Shown here piece by piece: positions 34,771 through 43,703 of a DNA stretch of 64,000 nt; the stretch's first letter is position 1; every line of letters begins with the position of its first letter. The position numbers were made by a program, and so were the translations under genes. Below the pieces are notes generated by a model. That model made no database searches and had not been told where the DNA came from. It saw only the letters and a list, made by a program, of their open reading frames with translations. The stretch is from an uncultured Bacteroidales bacterium (GTDB lineage: Bacteria; Bacteroidota; Bacteroidia; Bacteroidales; Paludibacteraceae): assembly GCA_900319995.1 (NCBI GenBank), contig ONQO01000004.1:531-64530 (forward strand), given 5' to 3'.

Positions 34771-37227
34771 TTATCTTACTTGTGCACCGGTAGCGTTGAA
34801 AGCCTTTCCATCACGGATGATGAAGATCTGTCCGTTGAGCATGATTTTCTGCGTACCTTCTACTGTCGGGATGATTTCCTCAATACCAGTCGGTGCGTTG
34901 TTCGGAACAATCTTGAGTGCCTTGATGAACGCTCCGGCTGAAGGTTCTTCATCTTTGATCTGAGCAGCAATATGCGCAGGAACTGGCGAAGCGATGAGTG
35001 CGTGCAGATAGATCACTACATGCGTCGGAAGAACTACATCGTAAGCCACTTTGACCCAACCTAACTTGTCTGATTGCGTAACGACGATAGCTGCTTCGCC
35101 TTCTAATTTCACTTTCAGCGAATAACCAGGCATCGTCATACACTCAATTAGTATCTCACCCTTTCCAGCCGGTACATCAAAGGTCAGTGAGCCCGGTAAG
35201 AAACTTACCCATACACTGGATCCCGGAACAACGCTCTCCATAGCCGCAGCTACTTGCTCGTCGGTGAGAGAAGTGGATATCTCGAGTTGTCCTGTTTCTT
35301 TGTTATACCTGTTTTCGGCGTTAGTACTGAAGAAGACGTTCTCGTTGCCGTATGGATCTTCTACAGCGAAATCAATAAGGGTCTCTTCTTCATCCGAAAC
35401 AACTACCGATTTCCAACCTATCTCTACAATCGGAGCAGGTTCCGATTTTTCCTTACCTCCTATAACAAAACCGTGGGATGTTACTTGGAAGGACACATTC
35501 TCCGTAAGAATTCCTATTCCCTCAAGAGGCTTGTCTTCTTCATTATAGATATTGAAATTCATGCAACGGATGGCATATTGTGTTCCTTCTGCATAGAGAT
35601 AAGCTCTACCCATACTCAAATCGCCATCAAGCACAATAGCAGATGGAACACCTTTTGCACGGATGGCTACATTGGAGAATTTCAGATAAGAACCATGGAT
35701 AGCCGTTCCTGTAGCCTCCAGTTTAAGCGTATCCAGCGTGGTTTCACTGAAAATAGCCACAGAGGAACTTGACTCAATACATGTCTTGGCTCCTTTTATT
35801 GAGCACACGCCGCTTACCTTAATCTCAACGGATTTTTCAGACTTGATGACGCCTTCTTTTATTTCGTCACTCATGCCGGAAACATCCACTTTCCAGTCTT
35901 TGATATGAAGCTGATGACCTATCCATTTCACTTTACCACCATTACCCAATATATCATCTGCATTCTTTGCGGTTATTTCTGTATTAAGGACAGTAACTCC
36001 CAATTTGGTTATATGCAACGTGTAGTCCACAAATGCTTCATTAAACGTATCATTTCCTTCAAACATTGCTCCTATTTTGACATTTCCTTCTTTCTTTGGT
36101 GTCAATAATCCATCCTCGGAAAGTTCTACCACATAAGGATCCTCCACAACATATGTTACAGGCACTTTATAGGGGTTTGCCAAAGGCAATCTCTGTACAG
36201 GGAAATTAAGATACGTATCTTGGTAACCACTTTCGAAAGCCAATTTCGGGTCTTTCTTTACCACATGCAGCGTATAATGGGCGCTTTTTCCTGCATACTC
36301 TTCGGTCTCGTCAAAGATAGCAGTAATCTGTGTGGTTCCTACGGCTAACATGGTTACGTTTCCTGATTTATCCACTGTAGCCACCTCAGGATTACTGGAT
36401 TCCCAACGACTGATGGTAATATCGTCGCCAAGAACTATTTTCGGTAAACGCTGAACCACATTACTTACGGAATCAGTTACTTCATTAGGAGTGAAATGGA
36501 AAGCCACCGGTTTCTTCACGCGTAATAAATAGGACATAGCTACTCCTTCCCAATTGTCATTTCCAGGCCAACTAAAGCTGATAGTAGTCTCACCAAGGTT
36601 CGTAGCTACCACTTGACCATTCTCATCAATCGTAGCTACTTCAGGATTGGAAGATTGGAGATTCAGTTGATTTTGAGGTACTTCTTGATCTACAAAACGG
36701 ATAGACTCCGGTTTGAAATATTTGTAGCGTACTACGCAAGGAGGCGTCCAAACAGAGCCGCTTATGCTACCATCTTCTCCGGTAGTTATACCATCTGCTC
36801 CGGGAGTCAACGCTGCAGTGTACTCGCTTACAGGTTCGTCGTTCACCATAAATCCTGCCACAGGAGTTCCTTTTTCTACCGTGTAATGAATCACGTGGTT
36901 TGAGGAACAATCCTGCTCTCTGTTGTTTTCTGTGTACGTCAAGTCGGCTTTTCCAGTGCCTACGAAATAAGCACCACGACCGCTCGCCCAAACAATATTC
37001 ATGTCTGTGGACTGAATAGAGTTGTAGTCAAGCGATCCTACTTTTGAACGTTGGGGAATTTCACCTTCACCGACATGGACGGTAGCGTTCACTTCATAAG
37101 CAGTACGGTCTTCTGCTTGGCCCGGAAAAATCACCGGAGTGAACTCGCATTCTTCTGCCAACATGCTTTGAGGCATGATTAACAACGCCATGAGCGCCAT
37201 ACTAAAATAAAAAGTAATTTTTCTCAT
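34771..37227 (-). CDS. Surface protein with bacterial Ig-like (Big_2) domains and conserved C-terminal tail
   Basis: 818 aa with a signal peptide. Big_2 signatures: SSNPEVATIDENGQVVATNLGETTISF and SSNPEVATVDKSGNVTMLAVGTTQITA. The tail reads KIMLNGQIFIIRDGKAFNATGAQVR. Confidence 0.8.
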   Translation of the reverse strand: MRKITFYFSMALMALLIMPQSMLAEECEFTPVIFPGQAEDRTAYEVNATVHVGEGEIPQRSKVGSLDYNSIQSTDMNIVWASGRGAYFVGTGKADLTYTENNREQDCSSNHVIHYTVEKGTPVAGFMVNDEPVSEYTAALTPGADGITTGEDGSISGSVWTPPCVVRYKYFKPESIRFVDQEVPQNQLNLQSSNPEVATIDENGQVVATNLGETTISFSWPGNDNWEGVAMSYLLRVKKPVAFHFTPNEVTDSVSNVVQRLPKIVLGDDITISRWESSNPEVATVDKSGNVTMLAVGTTQITAIFDETEEYAGKSAHYTLHVVKKDPKLAFESGYQDTYLNFPVQRLPLANPYKVPVTYVVEDPYVVELSEDGLLTPKKEGNVKIGAMFEGNDTFNEAFVDYTLHITKLGVTVLNTEITAKNADDILGNGGKVKWIGHQLHIKDWKVDVSGMSDEIKEGVIKSEKSVEIKVSGVCSIKGAKTCIESSSSVAIFSETTLDTLKLEATGTAIHGSYLKFSNVAIRAKGVPSAIVLDGDLSMGRAYLYAEGTQYAIRCMNFNIYNEEDKPLEGIGILTENVSFQVTSHGFVIGGKEKSEPAPIVEIGWKSVVVSDEEETLIDFAVEDPYGNENVFFSTNAENRYNKETGQLEISTSLTDEQVAAAMESVVPGSSVWVSFLPGSLTFDVPAGKGEILIECMTMPGYSLKVKLEGEAAIVVTQSDKLGWVKVAYDVVLPTHVVIYLHALIASPVPAHIAAQIKDEEPSAGAFIKALKIVPNNAPTGIEEIIPTVEGTQKIMLNGQIFIIRDGKAFNATGAQVR

Positions 37228-37356
37228 AACTTTAAAAATTTGGTTAATAAATAGGGTTAATTAGTAATCATATTTGCAGAAATACGGCAGGCAATTATTG
37301 TTCTACTAACTGGATTTTATGCTGTTTCTAATTGCACAATATTTTAAATTTCGCTG

Positions 37357-37388
37357 CAAAATTATATAAAAAATTTCATATAAACAAA
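37357..37388 (-). promoter_or_regulatory. Promoter for the Big_2 gene (-7 TAATTTTG, -33 TTTG)
   Basis: caaaatta at 37357-37364 and caaa at 37385-37388. Confidence 0.55.
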
Positions 37389-37425
37389 TTTTTTTCCTGA
37401 AAATCGACAATAAAATGCATTTTTA

Positions 37426-37457
37426 TTTGCATAATTCAAAAAAAAGTAGTACTTTTG
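37426..37457 (+). promoter_or_regulatory. Promoter for rsmA-corA (-33 TTTG, -7 TACTTTTG)
   Basis: TTTG at 37426-37429 and tacttttg at 37450-37457. Confidence 0.55.
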
Positions 37458-37605
37458 TCGCCGCTAAAGAAATAACGTGTTGTTAGAATGTTTGGTTGTT
37501 TGAACGAAAGTATGGTTTTACTTGGTACTAATATCCGAACAAGGACAAAGTCCGAAACAACATAAAACTAAAAAATTAAAATCATGGACGATTATCACCC
37601 TGAAA

Positions 37606-38388
37606 ATGCAACAAGTACATGCCAAAAAATTTCTTGGGCAGCACTTCTTAAAGGATCTGAGTATCGCCCAGAGAATTGCTGAAACGATTGACTCCGGACC
37701 CACTATCGAAATTGGTCCGGGAATGGGTGTATTGACCCAATATCTTCTCAAGAATCCGAATATCCAACTCACCGCGATCGAAATAGACCGCGAGTCTGTC
37801 GTGTACCTCAAAGAATGGTACCCGGAGTTACACCTCATCGAAGGAGATTTCCTTAAATTAGACCTCAATATCATTTATCCCGAGGGCGAATTTAATGTCA
37901 TCGGCAATTATCCTTATAATATAAGCAGCCAGATTTTCTTCAAAGTGCTGGACTACAAAGACCGTATTCCTGTCTGCTCGGGAATGATTCAAAAAGAGGT
38001 AGCCGAACGCCTTGCGTCCAAACCCGGCAAGAAAGCGTACGGCATTCTATCCGTCTTATTACAAGCTTATTACGATATAGAATATTTATTCACGGTGGAC
38101 GAACATGTCTTTAATCCGCCGCCTAAAGTCAAGTCGGCTGTTATCCGCATGACCCGCAATAAACGAAGACAACTCGACTGCGATGAAGAACTCTTCAAAA
38201 CAGTCGTTAAAACAGCCTTCAACCAGCGGCGAAAACAAATGCGCAATTCTCTTCAACAGCTGGTAGGAAAGGGTAATCCAATCCTCGAAGAGAATATATT
38301 TACATTGCGCCCGGAACAGCTGTCCGTAGAACAATTTGTAGAACTTACTAAATTGATTGAAAATGAGCGAAATCAAAATATTCTATAA
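37606..38388 (+). CDS. rsmA: 16S rRNA (adenine1518/1519-N6)-dimethyltransferase
   Basis: Start MQQVHAKKFLGQHFLKD at 37606. Motifs: IEIGPGMGVLT, GNYPYNISS, FNQRRK. Confidence 0.92.
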   Translation: MQQVHAKKFLGQHFLKDLSIAQRIAETIDSGPTIEIGPGMGVLTQYLLKNPNIQLTAIEIDRESVVYLKEWYPELHLIEGDFLKLDLNIIYPEGEFNVIGNYPYNISSQIFFKVLDYKDRIPVCSGMIQKEVAERLASKPGKKAYGILSVLLQAYYDIEYLFTVDEHVFNPPPKVKSAVIRMTRNKRRQLDCDEELFKTVVKTAFNQRRKQMRNSLQQLVGKGNPILEENIFTLRPEQLSVEQFVELTKLIENERNQNIL

Positions 38389-39313
38389 AGATAAGGAGAA
38401 AATAAAAGTAGCACGGTCTATCTCCGCACTCAAGGAACTCGACAAAAAAGATATCATCTGGATTGATTTGCTCGACGTTTCCGATAAAACAGAGGATACT
38501 CTTGAGGGATTCCTCAAAATTGATATTCAGGAAGATGAAGAAATGGAAGAAATTGAGCTCTCGTCTCGTTATATTCAAACGGATGACAGCATCGTTGCCA
38601 ACTCTAACTTCTTGAAAAACAATTTTGAGATGGAACCGGTCAACTTCATCCTCAAAAACGGTATCCTCGTGTCTATACGCGATAACGAATTGGACACGTT
38701 CAACGAAACTTTCAAGAAAATATTTGTTAACACCCGTAATTTCCCGACAGGATATCACGTGTTGGTAGCGCTTTTCGAAACACGAGTGGAAAAGGATGCC
38801 GACTTGATTGAGGATACGACCGATATGATTACTGCGCTTTCTCAACAAATCAACGCCGAATCAGACCACGTGGATGAAGATTTGCTCGTTCAAATCAAGG
38901 ACTTACAGGAAAAAGTTACCATTATTCGACAAAACATAATGGATAAACAACGAGTTATTTCCAATATCCTCCAATGTGATTTCTCTCCCGAAGAACTCTA
39001 CCCGCGGCTTACGATGATTATCAAGGATATTAACTCACTTTTCGACTATACGCGATTTGGTTTTGACCGTCTTGACTACCTCCAGGATACCTTCCTCGGT
39101 TTGGTTAATATCGAGCAGAACCGAATCATCAAAATATTTACCGTCATCAATATCATCTTCCTGCCGCCTACACTCATCGGTAGTCTCTATGGCATGAATT
39201 TCGATTTTATGCCCGAGTTACATTGGAAATTAGGATACGTTTTCGCGTTAGGATTGATGATTATGTCTGTCGTCGTTATTTTGCTGATTTTCAGACTAAA
39301 AAAATGGTTATAA
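38357..39313 (+). CDS. corA: Magnesium/cobalt transporter CorA
   Basis: 318 aa with the YGMNF motif (SLYGMNFDFMPEL) and two C-terminal TM helices. The start may be 38363. Confidence 0.88.
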   Translation: MKMSEIKIFYKDKEKIKVARSISALKELDKKDIIWIDLLDVSDKTEDTLEGFLKIDIQEDEEMEEIELSSRYIQTDDSIVANSNFLKNNFEMEPVNFILKNGILVSIRDNELDTFNETFKKIFVNTRNFPTGYHVLVALFETRVEKDADLIEDTTDMITALSQQINAESDHVDEDLLVQIKDLQEKVTIIRQNIMDKQRVISNILQCDFSPEELYPRLTMIIKDINSLFDYTRFGFDRLDYLQDTFLGLVNIEQNRIIKIFTVINIIFLPPTLIGSLYGMNFDFMPELHWKLGYVFALGLMIMSVVVILLIFRLKKWL

Positions 39314-39315
39314 AC

Positions 39316-39455
39316 AAATTGTTAACAACTGCTTTGTTTCACGTTTGATAACTTGTTCCACATTGCACTTTTCAAAAATATTAACATTCATACTATCTCT
39401 TTTAACATCACTATCTCATTATATATCAAACTTTTACAAACTTTGTTAACAATTT
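39316..39455 (+). promoter_or_regulatory. Pair of inverted AAATTGTTAACAA sites upstream of nadA (candidate operator)
   Basis: aaattgttaacaa at 39316-39328. Its exact reverse complement ttgttaacaattt lies at 39443-39455. The second site overlaps a near-consensus -7 box, aaactttg, at 39438-39445. Confidence 0.4.
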
Positions 39456-39506
39456 CAACATACTATCAATATCATAGATTTAAAAAGTAAAAAGAATATT
39501 TATAAA

Positions 39507-40472
39507 ATGGATAACAAGGAATTGGAAGATTGGAAAGCTAAAATAGTAGATATTAAAAGCAAAAAGAATGCTGTCATTTTTGCCCACTACTATACTCGTC
39601 CGGAAATACAAGAAATAGCCGATTTCATCGGTGATTCTTTAGCACTCGCGCAACAAGCTACGCGCGTGAACGCGGATATATTGGTAATGTGCGGAGTACA
39701 TTTTATGGGAGAGACGATGAAAATTCTATGTCCTGACAAAAAAGTCCTCATTCCCGATATGAATGCCGGATGTTCTTTGGCGGATAGCTGTAAGGCGGAT
39801 GACTTAAAAGAATTTATAAATAAGGAAATAAGAAAATGTGAAAATGAGAAAGTATTAGTGGTTTCTTATGTCAATACAAGCGCCGATGTAAAAGCTCTGA
39901 CGGATATAGTGGTCACTTCTTCCAATGCCAAGCATATAGTTGACCAATTACCTCCTGACGCTAAAATAATCTTCGGACCGGATCATAACTTAGGCAGTTA
40001 TATCAATTCTGTAACAGGGCGTAACATGATTCTTTGGAATGGCGCTTGTCATGTACATAGCCGTTTCTCACTCGAAGCACTTTTGCAACTCAAAGCTGAA
40101 AACCCCGGAGTAGAAGTATTAGCCCATCCGGAGTGTAAGGCTTCTATTCTCGCGCAGAGCGACGTCATTGGTTCCACAAAAGCTCTCCTTGAGCACACTA
40201 TCAAATCACCCGCCAAACGCTTCATAATTGCCACGGAAAGCGGTATTCTCTTTGAAATGCAAAGAGCATGTCCTGACAAAGAGTTTATTCCGGTTCCACC
40301 GGAAGTAACAGAAGGTATAGGATGTTCATGCAACGAGTGTGAATATATGCGCATGAATACGCTTGAAAAAGTGTATAACTGCCTCCTGAACGAAAATCCC
40401 GAAATGATAGTACCAAAAGAGACAGCCGAAAAAGCCGTCTCTTCCATCAAAAAAATGCTCGAAATGAGTTAA
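39507..40472 (+). CDS. nadA: Quinolinate synthase
   Basis: 321 aa. Motifs: AHYYTRPEIQEIADFIGDSL, CGVHFMGET, and the VLAHPEC/CNECEYM cluster ligands. Confidence 0.93.
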   Translation: MDNKELEDWKAKIVDIKSKKNAVIFAHYYTRPEIQEIADFIGDSLALAQQATRVNADILVMCGVHFMGETMKILCPDKKVLIPDMNAGCSLADSCKADDLKEFINKEIRKCENEKVLVVSYVNTSADVKALTDIVVTSSNAKHIVDQLPPDAKIIFGPDHNLGSYINSVTGRNMILWNGACHVHSRFSLEALLQLKAENPGVEVLAHPECKASILAQSDVIGSTKALLEHTIKSPAKRFIIATESGILFEMQRACPDKEFIPVPPEVTEGIGCSCNECEYMRMNTLEKVYNCLLNENPEMIVPKETAEKAVSSIKKMLEMS

Positions 40473-40506
40473 CAGGTTTATTTGTCTTTGCTTGTTATAA
40501 AGCACC

Positions 40507-40525
40507 GCAAAATGAAACATTTTGC
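40507..40525. terminator. Hairpin between convergent nadA and esterase genes
   Basis: gcaaaatg-aaa-cattttgc with an 8-bp stem. There is no clear U-run. Confidence 0.35.
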
Positions 40526-40527
40526 CC

Positions 40528-40573
40528 GAACGACCTTTTAACGAGAGTAAAACGACCTTTTAACGAGGTTTTA
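40528..40573. repeat. Third locus of the aacgaccttttaacgag(gtttt) repeat (two copies)
   Basis: gaacgaccttttaacgag at 40528-40545 and aacgaccttttaacgaggtttta at 40551-40573. The 22-mer is identical to 14223-14244. Confidence 0.9.
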
Positions 40574-40603
40574 TAGAGCTTTTATTAGAGGTAATTCAGA
40601 ACA

Positions 40604-41482
40604 TTAATCCTTGAATAGCTTCTCAAGGAATCTGCATAAATAATCCTCCCAATTAGGCCAAGTATGGCCTCCTGCGCTTTCGTAATAGGTGTATTCCAAG
40701 TGGTTTTCTTCTAACCATTGGCGGTATTCTTTTACATACTCATACAGAAAATCTTCATTACCTATACCTATCCAATACAACGGCTTCATTCGCATGGCTG
40801 CACGCACTTCTTCCTCCCAATTATCATATACTTCGTTGGAATTGGCAGGTCTGATAGCTGGAGAGAAAAGTCCTATATATCCAAACTCACCTTGCAGATA
40901 ATGAGAAACATGCATACTATGAAATCCACCCATGGAAAGGCCGGCTATAGCACGCTCTGAAGGGCAATGACTGATTCGGTAGCGCTTTTCGGCCTCATGC
41001 ATAAACTCCGCAAAATGACTTTCCCAATATCCGGACATCTCATATCCTCTTTCTTGATCCGCAGTTAGTTTGCGCCAATGAGCCGAACCCTTACTCGTAT
41101 CAATAGGTTCTCCTTCCGGCGTAATTTCCGGCGCAGACATCAATGCCTCACGCTCTGCAGGAGGTACGCTGCCTAAAAAATTATCCGGCATAATAATTAC
41201 CATCTTTTTTACCGCTCTTTCTTGCAGCAACGAATCCATCCAATGCAACAAATGACCCTGTTCTTTCCAGTCATCCTCAGATCCGTACATGCCATGTTGT
41301 AAATACAAAACCGGATAATGAATATCCTTCTCTTTTTCATAACCGTAAGGCAGATACACGCAACACGGTACACCCAACAATGTGTCGCGCTCAATAGTTC
41401 CTACCTTACACTCGTTTGTCCCTTTCGTGCATCCCACCAACATCAGCATCGATACACACAACACAATCATTCCTTTTCTCAT
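40604..41482 (-). CDS. Esterase-family alpha/beta hydrolase (putative esterase, PF00756-like), lipoprotein
   Basis: 292 aa. Lipobox LVGC, nucleophile elbow GLSMGG, and YPVLYLQHG. Confidence 0.75.
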   Translation of the reverse strand: MRKGMIVLCVSMLMLVGCTKGTNECKVGTIERDTLLGVPCCVYLPYGYEKEKDIHYPVLYLQHGMYGSEDDWKEQGHLLHWMDSLLQERAVKKMVIIMPDNFLGSVPPAEREALMSAPEITPEGEPIDTSKGSAHWRKLTADQERGYEMSGYWESHFAEFMHEAEKRYRISHCPSERAIAGLSMGGFHSMHVSHYLQGEFGYIGLFSPAIRPANSNEVYDNWEEEVRAAMRMKPLYWIGIGNEDFLYEYVKEYRQWLEENHLEYTYYESAGGHTWPNWEDYLCRFLEKLFKD

Positions 41483-41507
41483 AATGGGTAATTTTGAATT
41501 CGTGCTG

Positions 41508-41539
41508 CAAAAGTACTGCTTTTTTTTTACATATGCAAA
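41508..41539 (-). promoter_or_regulatory. Promoter for the esterase gene (-7 TACTTTTG, -33 TTTG)
   Basis: caaaagta at 41508-41515 and caaa at 41536-41539. Confidence 0.6.
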
Positions 41540-41651
41540 TTTATTTTACAGAACACTGTAACTATATAATATACTATTATTAAGATAAATTATACATAAT
41601 ATTATATTTTAATGCATAAATTAGTATTTTATTTACGATTACTATTAATAA

Positions 41652-41683
41652 TTTGTGTATATCATTAAAAAGCAGTACTTTTG
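41652..41683 (+). promoter_or_regulatory. Promoter for the glycosyltransferase gene (-33 TTTG, -7 TACTTTTG)
   Basis: TTTG at 41652-41655 and tacttttg at 41676-41683. Confidence 0.6.
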
Positions 41684-41713
41684 CACCCGATTTGCGAAAA
41701 TGAATGAAAAAAT

Positions 41714-42994
41714 ATGAAAAATGAAATGAATAGTACACTTGGAGTTAAGAAAATTCTTTTTGTAGTTGATTGTTTATATACATCCAACAACGGGACTTCT
41801 ATTTCTGCGCAACGATATATTTCTGAACTGCGCAAACGGGGTTATGAAGTGCGGGCTTTATGCGGGGATATGCCTCATAACGAAGAGGAAGCAAATATAA
41901 CCGACGGCGATTTTTGTACCGGTATATACCATTTCCCTGTCTTCCAACCGATTTGTGAGAAGCAAGGATTTACCTATGCAAATGCAGATGAGGCGGTTAT
42001 TCGCCAAGCTTGTGATTGGGCGGATATTGTGCATACTATGTACCCTTTTGCTTTGTCGCTGAAAACAATTAAATATTGTAACAAAACAGGTAAACCTGTT
42101 ACAGCAGCTTTTCATGTACAGCCGGAGAATATAACTTCTTCGCTTTGTTGCGGCAAAGTAAAATGGATAAACGATCTCATTTACAGCGCGTTCAGACGAA
42201 TCATATACAGTCATGTAAATCATATCCATGTGCCGTCGGTTTTTGTTGCGAACATGCTGCGTAAACATGGTTACAAAGCTCGAATCCACGTTATTTCCAA
42301 CGGTATCCATGATGATTTCATCCGGGCAGGAGAAACCAAACTCCAACAGCCAAAAGCTAACAGCCAGCAACAAACAATCAAAATAATGATGGTAGGGCGT
42401 CTGAGCAAAGAGAAACGGCAGGATGTCATCATCAAAGCAATGAAATATAGCAAGTATGCCGATCATATACAACTCGTTTTTGCAGGAAACGGACCGGAAT
42501 ACAAACACTATCTCAAATTATGTCAAGAACTCAAATTAAAAAATATGCCGCGTTTCATCCATAAACAGCGCCCGGAACTTATAAAGGAACTCCTTACAAC
42601 GGATCTCTATATCCATTCTTCTGATATGGAAACAGAGGCGATTAGTTGTATAGAAGCGTTTGCTACAGGTCTGGTGCCTGTGATAGCCGATTCTAAAAAA
42701 AGCGCTACGCCACAATTCGCTTTGGATGAACGCTCTCTCTTCAAACCCGGAGACCCGGAAGACCTTGCACGAGTCATTGACTATTGGCTTGACAGACCCG
42801 ACGAAAAACGGTTTATGGAGAGCAAATACGCCGAATTGGCACATAAATACGCTATCACCAATTCCGTTAAACTCTTTGAACAAATGCTATATAACGAAAT
42901 GAACAATGAAACCCTTACGCCTGTTACTGCACATATCACTATTCTTTCTTCCATTAAACGCCAAGTCATCAGATTCTACAAGCGTATCGCGTGA
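41714..42994 (+). CDS. GT4-family glycosyltransferase (diacylglycerol glycosyltransferase-like)
   Basis: 426 aa. N-terminal KILFVVD...NGTSISAQR and the C-terminal GT-B motif E.EAISCIEAFATGLVPV. Confidence 0.7.
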   Translation: MKNEMNSTLGVKKILFVVDCLYTSNNGTSISAQRYISELRKRGYEVRALCGDMPHNEEEANITDGDFCTGIYHFPVFQPICEKQGFTYANADEAVIRQACDWADIVHTMYPFALSLKTIKYCNKTGKPVTAAFHVQPENITSSLCCGKVKWINDLIYSAFRRIIYSHVNHIHVPSVFVANMLRKHGYKARIHVISNGIHDDFIRAGETKLQQPKANSQQQTIKIMMVGRLSKEKRQDVIIKAMKYSKYADHIQLVFAGNGPEYKHYLKLCQELKLKNMPRFIHKQRPELIKELLTTDLYIHSSDMETEAISCIEAFATGLVPVIADSKKSATPQFALDERSLFKPGDPEDLARVIDYWLDRPDEKRFMESKYAELAHKYAITNSVKLFEQMLYNEMNNETLTPVTAHITILSSIKRQVIRFYKRIA

Positions 42995-43703
42995 TATCAT
43001 CCATACAACCTGGTTCAGTCATTCCGAAAACATCTTTCGTAGAGTAGATATCTATGTGCCCGAACAGCCATTAGCCAACAGCCAAAAGCTAACAGCCCTT
43101 TACCTCATCCACGGCATCAACGGGTACGAAGGATCATGGCAGGAGAAAGGAAATGCCGTCGATTCCCTTGAAAAACAAATCAGGGAAGGGCGGTGTGAAC
43201 CCATGATTCTTATTATGCCGGATTGTAATAAATGGCCTCTGAAACCGCATCCCGGAAAAAGGAACCTGTGGAAATCTCTCATTCGTTATCCGAAAATCAG
43301 TCATGAGCATCAGATTGAACATGCCGTCAGTGACCTTATCGACAAAATTGACACTACGTATAATGTCTCCTCATGTGTAATTGCAGGGCTTAGCGACGGA
43401 GCACGGGTGGCCGCTAATGTGGCGAACTTGAGACCGGACAGAATAAGCGCGGTAGGACTCTTTTCCCCTGTGCTGCACAAAGAACAACTACCGAAAGATT
43501 CAATCCAAATGTACTATATCTACGTCGGAAAGAAAGATATTTTCAAAGCAAACGGTATTCGTTTTCACAAACGCTTAAAGAAAGCCGGGTACACACATCG
43601 TTTCTTGGAAATGCGCGGAAGTCATAATTGGCGCATGTGGAGTAATTGTCTTTCCGATTATTTGGAACAAATTTCCAACACTATCGGTAGATGGTCCGAA
43701 TAA
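42906..43703 (+). CDS. Esterase-family alpha/beta hydrolase, secreted
   Basis: 265 aa. Signal peptide MKPLRLLLHISLFFLPLNA, LYLIHGINGYEGSW, and a GLSDGA elbow. Overlaps the GT4 3' end by 89 nt. Confidence 0.7.
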   Translation: MKPLRLLLHISLFFLPLNAKSSDSTSVSRDIIHTTWFSHSENIFRRVDIYVPEQPLANSQKLTALYLIHGINGYEGSWQEKGNAVDSLEKQIREGRCEPMILIMPDCNKWPLKPHPGKRNLWKSLIRYPKISHEHQIEHAVSDLIDKIDTTYNVSSCVIAGLSDGARVAANVANLRPDRISAVGLFSPVLHKEQLPKDSIQMYYIYVGKKDIFKANGIRFHKRLKKAGYTHRFLEMRGSHNWRMWSNCLSDYLEQISNTIGRWSE

